Below the pieces are notes generated by a model, which saw nothing but the letters and a program-made list of their open reading frames with translations, was not told the DNA's origin and made no database searches. A DNA stretch of 64,000 bases from NCBI GenBank assembly GCA_963725865.1, contig CAVSAC010000012.1, forward strand, positions 352,001 to 416,000. Direction: 5' to 3'. Shown here in pieces: positions 41,995 to 50,814 of this stretch. This stretch comes from Candidatus Eiseniibacteriota bacterium. GTDB lineage: Bacteria > Eisenbacteria > RBG-16-71-46. The translations under genes and the position numbers were made by a program. How positions within the stretch are numbered: the first letter of the stretch is position 1; every line of letters starts with the position of its first letter.

Positions 41995-42561
41995 ATGCCC
42001 GCCTGCACCGCACTGCCAGGACTCGCCGGAGCCGGTTTGCTGCTGCTCGCGTTGTGCGCGGCGCCCGCGGCCGCGCGCGAGCCCGACGCGTGGCTGACCG
42101 CGAAGGTGAAGATGTCGCTGATCCTGTCGCCGGCCGTTCGTGCGCTGTCGATCGACGTCGACAGCGACGACGGCCGGGTCACGCTCCGCGGCAGGGTCCG
42201 CGGGCGCGACGAGCGCGACGCGGCCGAGGCGCTGGCGCGCGACGTCGACGGCGTGCGCGAGGTTCGCAACCTGCTCCAGCTCATGCCCGCCTTCCGAGCG
42301 GAACGGGTCGAGCTCGGGGACGCGGCGCTGCGCGCGCGAGTCGCCGCCCGGCTCGAGCACGAGCCGCGGCTCGCCCGCAGCCGGATCCGCGTGAAGTCGG
42401 TCGATCGGGGCGTGGTAGTGCTCGACGGCGACGCGAGCACGTTGTCCGATCACTTCCTGGCGCTCGACCTCACGCAGCGCACCGCGGGGGTCCGCGAGGT
42501 CCGCACCGAGGTGAGGAGCCCGAGCACGTTTGGCGCGCTCGAGCTGAGGACCCGCGACTAG
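41995..42561 (+). CDS. Dual BON-domain protein (OsmY-like)
   Basis: Signal peptide; DAWLTAKVKMSL..IDVDSDDGRVTLRG..VDGVREVRNLL, plus a second BON domain. Confidence 0.88.
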   Translation: MPACTALPGLAGAGLLLLALCAAPAAAREPDAWLTAKVKMSLILSPAVRALSIDVDSDDGRVTLRGRVRGRDERDAAEALARDVDGVREVRNLLQLMPAFRAERVELGDAALRARVAARLEHEPRLARSRIRVKSVDRGVVVLDGDASTLSDHFLALDLTQRTAGVREVRTEVRSPSTFGALELRTRD

Positions 42562-42574
42562 GACGGCACTTCGC

Positions 42575-42787
42575 TCAGAAGCGCCTGCGGTCCAGGACCA
42601 CCAACGCGCAGCCCACGAGGAGCGCGATCGCGCCGGCGACGGGCGGAATCGCGACCGTGTGCCGCTCGTTGACCTGCGCCTGGAGCGGAGCCACGTCGAT
42701 GGACTCGCGATGCCGGGTGTACGTGAATCGCCCGCTGATCAGCGCGAGCAGGCCGACCAGCGCGAGGATGATCCCCACCGATCTCAT
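42575..42787 (-). CDS. Small two-TM membrane protein (DUF3185-like)
   Basis: MRSVGIILALVGLLAL..FTYTRHRESIDVAPLQ..TVAIPPVAGAIALLVG. Confidence 0.75.
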   Translation of the reverse strand: MRSVGIILALVGLLALISGRFTYTRHRESIDVAPLQAQVNERHTVAIPPVAGAIALLVGCALVVLDRRRF

Positions 42788-42925
42788 GTCCGCGTCCGGG
42801 TTCGAGTTTGGTCGACTCGCAGAGAGGTGGGAACGGGACGCCAGGTTGGCTGTCCAGGATGTCGCCCGCGCCCGATCCTCTCCGCTCCTTCGCTCCACTG
42901 TGCTCGGCGACAACGTACGCGACTT

Positions 42926-42940
42926 GCAACATGCGGACCA
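42926..42940 (-). promoter_or_regulatory. Sigma-54 (-24/-12) promoter
   Basis: Minus strand TGGTCCGCATGTTGC(A) (GG-N10-GC) upstream of ATG 42787. Confidence 0.55.
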
Positions 42941-43102
42941 GTGAGCGATCGGCCGCTTTCCCGGCAGAAGCGCGAGGTCGAGCCCGCGCCGGTGATGTAC
43001 GGCGTACAAAAGCGAGCGCGGTCGTACAAGCCCGGGGCCGCCGCACGCCCCGCGTGCCGAGATCGTCGTTGCGATTCTTGGGATTCGCTCGTCGCAGGCG
43101 CG

Positions 43103-43117
43103 TGGCACGGGGGTTGC
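43103..43117 (+). promoter_or_regulatory. Sigma-54 (-24/-12) promoter
   Basis: TGGCACGGGGGTTGC, an exact TGGCAC-N5-TTGC consensus match. Confidence 0.75.
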
Positions 43118-43194
43118 CGTGCTCCCGCGGTGGCCAGACGGAGGCCGGGCACACACGAGACCCGTCGGATCCTCATGCGAACAGGAGGCCCGTG

Positions 43195-43344
43195 ATGCTG
43201 TGGACCATCTTCGCCGTGCTGCTGGTCCTGTGGCTGCTCGGGATGATTACCTCGTACACGATGGGCGGCTACATCCACCTGCTGCTGCTGCTGGCCATCG
43301 CGGCCGTGCTGATCCGCGTGATCCAGGGTCGCAGGCCGATCTGA
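43195..43344 (+). CDS. lmo0937-family small membrane protein
   Basis: AGGAGG RBS; MLWTIFAVLLVLWLLGMITSYTMGGYIHLLLLLAIAAVLIRVIQGRRPI. Confidence 0.88.
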   Translation: MLWTIFAVLLVLWLLGMITSYTMGGYIHLLLLLAIAAVLIRVIQGRRPI

Positions 43345-43686
43345 TCCGCGCGGCGACGCCGGGCCGCTCGCGAGACGGGCGGAGGGCTTCGCGATTCAGA
43401 ACGCCGCGAGGCGGGGCACTCGCGGCGGAGCAGGACTGGACGCGAAGCCCACGACAGGGCCCCCAGCCGGGCGCGTGGTAGAGGAAGGAGGGGAGCCTCC
43501 TCTCCGGCGCTCGATGGCGATGCCGCGCGGTCCCCCCGGCCGCGTGGCTCGCCCTGGGGACCGCCGCCGTCGCGCGGCCGCGATCCTGAGTGACCCACCG
43601 CGAGGCGCAGGCGCCCTCGTCGTCTGGCAGAAATTGTGGGGAGGTTGTCATTGCGGCCAACCGTGCCTGACGGCATGCTCGGGCCC

Positions 43687-44772
43687 ATGACGACCTCCTC
43701 GCCACATCCTAGGCCTTCCGCCGCGCGCTCCCCCCGCCGCGGCCCCATGCGCGTCGCGATGCTCGCGTTTCCCGACGTCCAGGTGCTCGACGTCATGGGC
43801 CCGCTCGAGGTGTTCTCGCGCACCTCGCGCTGGCTGCGCGACCACGGCAAACGCGCCGACCACGCCTATACGGTCGAGATCATCGGGCTGAACCGCGGCG
43901 CGTTCCGCACCTCGTCGGGGCTGCGACTGTACGCCGATCACGGCATCGCCGACGTCGGGCGCGGGATCGACACGCTGCTGATCGCGGGCGGGATCGGTGT
44001 GGACCACTACCGGGCGCACGTGCCGCTGCGGCGCTGGATCCGCCGCCAGGCGGGCCAGGTGCGGCGGCTCGCCTCGATCTGCACGGGCGCGTTCCTGCTC
44101 GCCGAGGCCGGTCTGCTGAAGGGCCGGCGCGTGACCACGCACTGGAACCACTGCGCGACGTTCGCGCGCGAGTTCCCCGACGTGCAGGTGGAGCCCGACC
44201 GGATCTTCGTCCGCGAAGGCGCGCTCTACACCTCGGCCGGCGTGACCGCCGGGATGGACCTGGCCCTGGCGCTGGTCGAGGAGGACTTCGGGCGCGAGGT
44301 CGCGTTGGCCGCCGCGCGCGAGCTGGTGATGTTCCTCAAGCGCCCCGGCGGCCAGGCGCAGTTCAGCACCCAGCTCGCGGTGCAGCTCGCCGAGCACGAG
44401 CCGCTGCGCGAGCTGCAGACGTACGTGCTGGAGCACCCCGACGACGACCTGTCGATCGAGCGGCTCGCGCGGCGGCTCGCCATGAGCCCGCGCAACTTCG
44501 CGCGCGTGTTCGCGCGAGAGGTCGGCATGACGCCCGCGCGCTACGTCGCCACGGTGCGGGTCGAGACCGCGCGCCGGCTGCTCGAGGAGACCGCCGAGCC
44601 GCTCGAGGCCGTGTGCGCGCGCAGCGGGCTCGGCACCCCCGAGTCCATGCGGCGCGCGTTCCTGCGCCTGGTCGGCATCGCGCCCGGCCAGTACCGCGAA
44701 CGCTTCAACCGGTCGCATCGATCCGCGGGGCCGCCGGACGGCGCCCCGCAGTCCATCAGGAGGCCCTCGTGA
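43687..44772 (+). CDS. GlxA-family regulator (DJ-1/PfpI + AraC HTH)
   Basis: LDVMGPLEVF, ASICTGAFLLAEAGLL..TTHW, TSAGVTAGMD, RPGGQAQFS, AraC HTH. Confidence 0.92.
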   Translation: MTTSSPHPRPSAARSPRRGPMRVAMLAFPDVQVLDVMGPLEVFSRTSRWLRDHGKRADHAYTVEIIGLNRGAFRTSSGLRLYADHGIADVGRGIDTLLIAGGIGVDHYRAHVPLRRWIRRQAGQVRRLASICTGAFLLAEAGLLKGRRVTTHWNHCATFAREFPDVQVEPDRIFVREGALYTSAGVTAGMDLALALVEEDFGREVALAAARELVMFLKRPGGQAQFSTQLAVQLAEHEPLRELQTYVLEHPDDDLSIERLARRLAMSPRNFARVFAREVGMTPARYVATVRVETARRLLEETAEPLEAVCARSGLGTPESMRRAFLRLVGIAPGQYRERFNRSHRSAGPPDGAPQSIRRPS

Positions 44773-45920
44773 AGACCCTCATCCGCCTTGGTGCGCCGCT
44801 GCTGTTCGTGGGACTGATCCTCGCCGCGTCTCGCGGCGCTCGTCGCGACCGCGCGGCCCGCCGCCGCCGGCAGCGCTGGGTGTGCCCGCCATGCGCCGCG
44901 CCGTGCGACACCCTGTCGTTCGCCGCCGCCGGCACCTGCCCGCAGTGCGGCATGGCGCTGGTCGAGGCCGGCTCCGCCGCCGCCAAGCCGGTGGTGGACA
45001 CCGACCAGAAGAAGGTCGCGGTGCTGCTGTTCAATGGCGCCGAGATCATCGACTTCAGCGGCCCGTACGAGATGTTCGGCGCCGCCGGCTGCGACGTGTA
45101 CACCGTCGCCGCGACCAAGGACCCGATCACCACCGCGATGGGGCTGACGATCGTTCCCAAGTACGCCTTTGCCGACGCGCCGCAGCCCGACGTGCTGGTG
45201 ATCCCCGGCGGCGGCGTGAAGGCCGCCGCCAACGACGCCGCGACGCTCGACTACATCAAGCGCACGACCGCGAGCGACACGCACACCATGTCGGTGTGCA
45301 ACGGCGCGTTCATCCTGGCCAACACCGGGCTGCTCGACGGCCTCAGCGCCACCACCACCAACGGCAACATCCCGCGGCTCGCGAGCCAGTTCCCCAAGAT
45401 CAAGGTGGTGCGCGACCAGCGCTACGTCGACAACGGCAAGCTCGTCACCGCCGCCGGACTCTCGGCCGGCATCGACGGCGCGCTACACGTGATCGAGAGG
45501 ATGTTCGGCACCGGCACCGCGCAGCAGGTGGCGCTCGGCGAGGAGTACGACTGGAAGCCCGGCGCCGGCTACGCACGCGCCGCACTCGCCGACCACGAGC
45601 TGCCCCAGATCGACCTGGACGCGATCGGCAAGTGGAATGTGGTCCGCACCGAGGGCGACACTCAGCACTGGGACATCGCCGCGAAGGGCCATTCGGACCT
45701 GGCCGCCGCCGAGGTGATCCACCACGTCGAGCAGGCGCTCGAGGCGAGCAAGTGGACGCGGGTGAGCTCGCCCGCCAGCAGTGGCGAGGCCGGCGCGAGC
45801 GAGTGGCGCTTCACCGGCAGCGACGGCCAGCCGTGGAAGGGCTCGTTCACGATCGCGAGCGCGGGAAGCGGCGGGCACGAGTACACCGCCGCCGTCGCGG
45901 TGGCGCGCGCGGGGCGCTGA
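44769..45920 (+). CDS. Secreted DJ-1/PfpI-family protein with N-terminal Cys-rich metal-binding domain
   Basis: GTGA overlap; WVCPPCAAPCD..GTCPQCGMAL; IDFSGPYEMF, IPGG, SVCNGAF, TAAGLSAGID. Confidence 0.85.
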   Translation: MKTLIRLGAPLLFVGLILAASRGARRDRAARRRRQRWVCPPCAAPCDTLSFAAAGTCPQCGMALVEAGSAAAKPVVDTDQKKVAVLLFNGAEIIDFSGPYEMFGAAGCDVYTVAATKDPITTAMGLTIVPKYAFADAPQPDVLVIPGGGVKAAANDAATLDYIKRTTASDTHTMSVCNGAFILANTGLLDGLSATTTNGNIPRLASQFPKIKVVRDQRYVDNGKLVTAAGLSAGIDGALHVIERMFGTGTAQQVALGEEYDWKPGAGYARAALADHELPQIDLDAIGKWNVVRTEGDTQHWDIAAKGHSDLAAAEVIHHVEQALEASKWTRVSSPASSGEAGASEWRFTGSDGQPWKGSFTIASAGSGGHEYTAAVAVARAGR

Positions 45921-46045
45921 AGGACACGGGCGAGGGCGGCGCCCGGCTGCCCGGGCGCCGCTGACGCGCGGCCCGTGCGTGCTATCGTCGCGGCTCGCCC
46001 ATCGAGCCGCGACGAACACGCACCGCCACCCGGAGTCCGCGCGCC

Positions 46046-46565
46046 ATGACCGAGCCCCAGCCGCCCACAGCGCCGTTCCCCTACGAGACCCGCCTCAACA
46101 TCCTGCACGGCCCGCTCGAGCGGGTGGACGTGCAACGCGCTGGCCGCCGCGTGCACGTACCGCTGGTACAACCAGACGCTCTGCCAGGTGAACGGCTCGG
46201 TCGTGCGCCTGGGCGTGGTCGAGGGCGAGTACCACTGGCACCACCACGATGACGACGACGAGTTCTTCTACGTGGTGGACGGCGAGCTGCTGATCGACCT
46301 CGAGGACCGCACCGTCACGCTGGCGCCCGGGCAGGGCTTCGTGGTGCCGAAGGGCGTCCGCCATCGCACCCGCGCGCCGCGGCGCACGGTGATGCTGATG
46401 GTCGAGAACGCGGGCATCGTGCCGACGGGGGATGGTGGGGTGAATGCTGCGCAGGGCCGACAAGCGAGGCCGAACAGTGTCAGTGTCGTAGCGTGTCGAG
46501 CCGCACCCAGTCGCCCGGCGCTCTCTGGTAGGTCCAGAAGGTCCAGCCGTTGCACGGCCGCTTGA
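46046..46565 (+). CDS. Cupin-domain protein (frameshift near 46133)
   Basis: YETRLNIL.. in one frame; WYNQTLCQVN..GEYHWHHHDDDDEFFYVVDG..VPKGVRHRT in the next; 3' end uncertain. Confidence 0.75.
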
Positions 46566-46751
46566 TGACGGCCGCGCCCCGGTTCGGGGAGCGAAGGCCG
46601 TATCGGTCGAGGCGTGCCCGCGGTGACGACGAGCCGACGCCCTCGTCGTCGCGCTGAACCGAGCCTTCGAAGGCTGCACCGTTGGTTTTCGCGGGCATGC
46701 GGCCACGCGTCTAGGGCGGGGAAGGATCATCTGCGTTACGATGCCCACGCG

Positions 46752-47696
46752 ATGCACGGCGTTATCCTCGTAACGGACCACGATTGGTTCCAGTTCCTGA
46801 GCCGCCAGGTGGACCTCGACGAGGTCAACTTCTGGAGGCCGAGCGATACGCGCACGCCCAAGCAGCTCGAACCGGGCATGCCGATGCTCTTCAAACTAAA
46901 GAAGCACTATGGCGATTGGATCGTCGGCTGGGGAGTATTCGCGAGGCACGACGTCTTTCCCGCGTGGCTGGCTTGGGAAGCGTTTGACATCAAGAATGGG
47001 GCGGCGAGCTTCGCTGAGTTTCGCCAGCGAGTAGGGCGACTTCGGCACGTCTCGTCGAAGTCGGACTTCGACGCAGGCGACTTCAACATCGGATGTCTCA
47101 TGCTGGCGCAGCCCGTGTTCCTTTCGCGCGAAGCCTGGGTTATGCCCCCGAAGGACTGGCACGAGAACATCGTCCAAGGCAAGTCCTATGACCTCTCGAT
47201 GGGAGAGGGCTCCCGCGTCTGGCGCGAGTGCCAGGCCCGAGGGATTGGCCTAACAGTCGCTGCGGATCGCGCACGGACCCCTGTCGCTCCTGGCGCTCGC
47301 TATGGTGACTACGTGCTCGTGAAGCCTCGGCTCGGTCAGGGCATCTTTCGAGCTTCGGTCATCGCCGCCTACGGCCGTGCATGCGCGATCACGTCCGAGC
47401 ATTCGCTCCCCGCGATCGAGGCGGCGCACATTCGGCCTTTCGGCGAGGGCGGCGAGCACGAGGTGTCCAACGGCTTGCTGCTCCGAAGCGACATCCATCG
47501 GCTCTTCGACAGGGGCTACGTCGGAGTGACGCCAGATCACCGTTTCGTAGTGAGCAAGCAGCTGAAGCGAGACTTCTCAAACGGCCGGAGCTACTACCCG
47601 CTTGATGGCCAGAGCATCCACCTGCCTGCGCGGCCGGCGGATCGGCCAAGTGCGAAGTGGCTCGAATGGCACCTCGCGGAGAGGTTCAGAGGATAG
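46752..47696 (+). CDS. HNH endonuclease (putative restriction/defence nuclease)
   Basis: N-terminal VTDHDWF..EVNFWRP..LFKLK domain; RLGQGIFR..YGRACAIT..EAAHIRP..NGLLLRSDIHRLFD. Confidence 0.88.
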   Translation: MHGVILVTDHDWFQFLSRQVDLDEVNFWRPSDTRTPKQLEPGMPMLFKLKKHYGDWIVGWGVFARHDVFPAWLAWEAFDIKNGAASFAEFRQRVGRLRHVSSKSDFDAGDFNIGCLMLAQPVFLSREAWVMPPKDWHENIVQGKSYDLSMGEGSRVWRECQARGIGLTVAADRARTPVAPGARYGDYVLVKPRLGQGIFRASVIAAYGRACAITSEHSLPAIEAAHIRPFGEGGEHEVSNGLLLRSDIHRLFDRGYVGVTPDHRFVVSKQLKRDFSNGRSYYPLDGQSIHLPARPADRPSAKWLEWHLAERFRG

Positions 47697-47774
47697 GCCG
47701 TCGGTCCCGGGCCGGGCTGCACGATGGACGTGGAGAGGTTCGGCACTCGCGAAGTGGCTGAGGAGAGTGGCTTC

Positions 47775-48572
47775 ATGACCAACCAGGCCGTCCCAGCCTT
47801 CGCCCGCTACATCGGCATCGACTATTCCGGCGCCGCCACTCCGACGTCGAGCTTGCCGGGACTTCGTGTTTGCGCCGCCGACTGGGCGTCGCGACCCGCC
47901 GAGGTGCCGCCACCGCCTAGTCCGCGGAAGTACTGGACGCGCCGCGGTATCGCCGAGTGGCTCGTTGAGCGCCTCCAAGAGACCGCGCCGACGCTGGTCG
48001 GCATCGATCACGCGTTCTCGTTCCCGATGCGCTACTTCGAGAAGTATCGCGTTCCCCACGACTGGCCGGCGTTCCTCGACGACTTTCAGCGGCACTGGCC
48101 GACCGACGAGGACCACATGTACGTCGACTTCGTCCGAGAGGGGGTCTACGGCAACGGCGCCGCGCGTGCGGGAAGCTCGAAGTGGTGGCGATTGACCGAC
48201 AAGCGCTCGAAGGGCGCCAAGTCGGTCTTTCATTTCGACGCGGCCGGCACCGTCGCCAAGTCCACGCACGCCGGCCTGCCTTGGCTGCGCTACCTTCGCG
48301 CGCGGCTCGGTGCGCGCGTCCACTTCTGGCCCTTCGATGGCTGGAGGATCCCGGCGCGCAAGTCGGTGCTCGTCGAGGTCTATCCCGCGCTCTGGAGCCG
48401 CCGCTTCCCGCGTGGGAACCGCACCGGCGACCAGCACGACGCCTACTCCGTCGCCGCATGGATGCAGTCCGCCGATCGCGACGGCAGCCTTGCGGGCTTC
48501 TTCGATCCGCCGCTGACCGCCGACGAGCGCAAGGTGGCGCGGGTCGAAGGCTGGATCTTCGGGGTCATGTAG
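47775..48572 (+). CDS. DUF429-like predicted RNase H-fold nuclease
   Basis: AGGAG RBS; acidic motifs YIGIDYSGA, LVGIDHAFSFP, VEVYP, DQHDA. Confidence 0.65.
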   Translation: MTNQAVPAFARYIGIDYSGAATPTSSLPGLRVCAADWASRPAEVPPPPSPRKYWTRRGIAEWLVERLQETAPTLVGIDHAFSFPMRYFEKYRVPHDWPAFLDDFQRHWPTDEDHMYVDFVREGVYGNGAARAGSSKWWRLTDKRSKGAKSVFHFDAAGTVAKSTHAGLPWLRYLRARLGARVHFWPFDGWRIPARKSVLVEVYPALWSRRFPRGNRTGDQHDAYSVAAWMQSADRDGSLAGFFDPPLTADERKVARVEGWIFGVM

Positions 48573-48576
48573 CCCT

Positions 48577-49686
48577 CTACCTCAGCACCGTCCCCCGCAC
48601 CACGCGCGCCTCGCCCGCCCCTCCACCAAGCGCCCGCGTCTCGAGCCGGTAGAAGTACACGCCCGCGGCCGCCGGCCGCATCGCGCCATCGCGTCCATCC
48701 CACGCGACCGCGTGCTCTCCCGCGCCGCGGTCGGCGTCCTCGAGCACGCGCACCTCGCGGCCGAGAACGTCGAGCACGCGCAGCCGCGCGTGGCGCGGCG
48801 CGGCCAGCGCGTAGTGGATGGTGGCGGGTCCGCGCGCGGGATTGGGCCACGCGGGCCCCAGCATCGCGCGTGGCGCGACGGGTCCGACCGCCGCCAGCTC
48901 GCCGCCGGTGAAGAGCGCCGTGATCTCGGCGGCCGACAGCGCGCGCGCGTACACGCGCACGTCGTCGAGCGATCCCTTGAAGTAGGCCTGCGGAATGCCC
49001 CAGCCCGCCACGAAGTTGCGCCCGATCGAGAGCGGAATGTTGAGACCTCCGCTCGTCAGTTCGACCAGTGGCTGCGTGACGGAGTCGACCGACTTGCCGT
49101 CGACGTACAACGTGCCGATGTGCGAGGTGCTGTCGTACGTGCCGGCGAGAAAGTGCCACGCGCCATCCAGCAGCGACGTGGCCCCCGCCAGGTTGATGGC
49201 GACGGATGCGTCATCGCGCAGGAACACGCGAGGCACGCCCGACGCATCGAGGTACAGCCCGTACGCAGCGGCATCGACCGGTCCACACGAGGGGTTCGCG
49301 CCGCAGCGGTACCAGATGACCGCGTACTGCGTGTCGCCGGTGCCGGTGGGCGCTGCGGCGATCCACGCCGTCAGCGACCAGCTCGCGCGGTGGGGCGTGA
49401 ACGCGGGGTTGCTCGGCGACTCGAGGTAGCCGGTGGCACCGTCGAGCGTGGCCACGCGCCCGCCGCGGCCGGCGTTGAACACCACCGCGCCACCCGGCGT
49501 GGCGTCGAAGTGGTGGCCCGAGCTGTCGGCGCCGTCGTTGGCGTCAAAGGTCCAGCGCCCAACCAGCCCGGTCTCGGCGTGGGCGTGCGTGGCGATCAGC
49601 GCGAGGGCGAGCAGCGCGACGAGCGCGCACCGGCGCTCGGGCGAGCGGCGTGGTGCGGCGTGCGGACGAATGAGCGTGGCAGGCAT
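48577..49686 (-). CDS. Secreted LamG-like jellyroll protein with FlgD-Ig/T9SS-like C-terminal domain
   Basis: Signal peptide; GLVGRWTFD..DSSG, WHFLAGTYD, LYVDG, FKGSLDDVRVYARALS; WPNP..WDGRD..GVYFYRL. Confidence 0.85.
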   Translation of the reverse strand: MPATLIRPHAAPRRSPERRCALVALLALALIATHAHAETGLVGRWTFDANDGADSSGHHFDATPGGAVVFNAGRGGRVATLDGATGYLESPSNPAFTPHRASWSLTAWIAAAPTGTGDTQYAVIWYRCGANPSCGPVDAAAYGLYLDASGVPRVFLRDDASVAINLAGATSLLDGAWHFLAGTYDSTSHIGTLYVDGKSVDSVTQPLVELTSGGLNIPLSIGRNFVAGWGIPQAYFKGSLDDVRVYARALSAAEITALFTGGELAAVGPVAPRAMLGPAWPNPARGPATIHYALAAPRHARLRVLDVLGREVRVLEDADRGAGEHAVAWDGRDGAMRPAAAGVYFYRLETRALGGGAGEARVVRGTVLR

Positions 49687-50156
49687 GGCGGACTCCTGGT
49701 GGGGACAAGGTCACCGCGAGGGCGCGCGAACGGCGGGGCCTGCGTACTGAGGCCGCGGCGCCGGGCGGGAATCACATGCCGGGCGGCGCGGCCGGAGTCG
49801 AATGGGCGGTGCCTTGTTGGGGGTCTTGGCGGGAGCCGCTGCAGCAGCAGCCGCATCCTTGGCGCGTGACCGCGCTCGAGCGCAGGGCGCGAGGTGGGCG
49901 TCCGAAGCTCCACGGGCGTTGGCGGATGCATCAGCGAGGCCGCGCCTTCGTACGCGGCTTCCGACGGAGTTCGAGTCCGGCGCCGGCAAGAACCCACCCG
50001 CGCGCACGACCCCGCACCTCCGCGAGAACACCTGCTCGCGCGCGCACGGCTGATGCTAGGCTCGCCACCGCCACAGGCAATCCGCGCGCAGGGCATTCGG
50101 CGGCGGTGCGCCGCCGCGGAGCGAGGTGGCCGCGCCAGCCACGGGAGAGAAAGTTG

Positions 50157-50765
50157 ATGGCCGCATCGCTCGAGGAACGCGAACTCGTCGAAGGCCTGAA
50201 GGCGGGATCGGCGCAGGCCCTGGACGACTACGTCATGCGAACGCATCACCCGCTCTTCCTGATGGCGGGGCGCCTCACGTCGGATCCCGACCGGCGCCAA
50301 GACTGGTGCCACGACGTCCTGCTCGGCATCCTCGACGACGTGCGCGGGGGGCGTTTCGAGTACCGCGGCCCTGGTTCGTTCTGGGGGTGGTTTCGCAAGC
50401 GCGCCTACTACCGGCTGATCGATCTCGAACGTGATCGCCGCAAGCGCGAACGCCGCGAGAGCGTTGCTGCCGACCCTGCATTCGATCCGCTGGAGACATT
50501 CTGCGGCGGCGAGGATCCCGCCGACGAGATGGAGCGAACCGAGTTCCTCTCGGCGCTCGAAGCCTGCCTCAGCCGCCTGGCGAACTTGCGGCATCGCGAG
50601 GCGCTGGCGCGGCGCCTGCTGGAGGACCAGAGCTACGAGGAGGTCGCGCGCGCGATGTCGGCCACGCTCAACACGGTTCGGGCATGGATCCGGCGGGGGC
50701 GGCTGCTCGTGCGCTCCTGCATCGCCGAACGCCTGGGCTGGTCGCTCGAGGTGGAGGCGTCATGA
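50157..50765 (+). CDS. ECF-type RNA polymerase sigma factor
   Basis: Region 2 (DWCHDV..FWGWFRKRAYYRLID) and region 4 (SYEEVARAMSATLNTVRAWIRRGR). Confidence 0.88.
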   Translation: MAASLEERELVEGLKAGSAQALDDYVMRTHHPLFLMAGRLTSDPDRRQDWCHDVLLGILDDVRGGRFEYRGPGSFWGWFRKRAYYRLIDLERDRRKRERRESVAADPAFDPLETFCGGEDPADEMERTEFLSALEACLSRLANLRHREALARRLLEDQSYEEVARAMSATLNTVRAWIRRGRLLVRSCIAERLGWSLEVEAS

Positions 50766-50769
50766 TGCC

Positions 50770-50797
50770 CCGCAACTTCTGGGGGCGCGCCGCCGTC
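50770..50797 (+). promoter_or_regulatory. ECF-like promoter motif upstream of the anti-sigma gene
   Basis: CCGCAACTT-N13-GCCGTC; nearly the same motif at 55104-55132. Confidence 0.5.
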
Positions 50798-50814
50798 CTT
50801 GTGCTGGAGCTGCC

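Noticed and set aside
43625..43658. TGGCAG..GCCA element upstream of the GlxA regulator as a fifth sigma-54 promoter
   Set aside because: No GC at the GG-N10 position; it may be a GlxA operator but support is too weak
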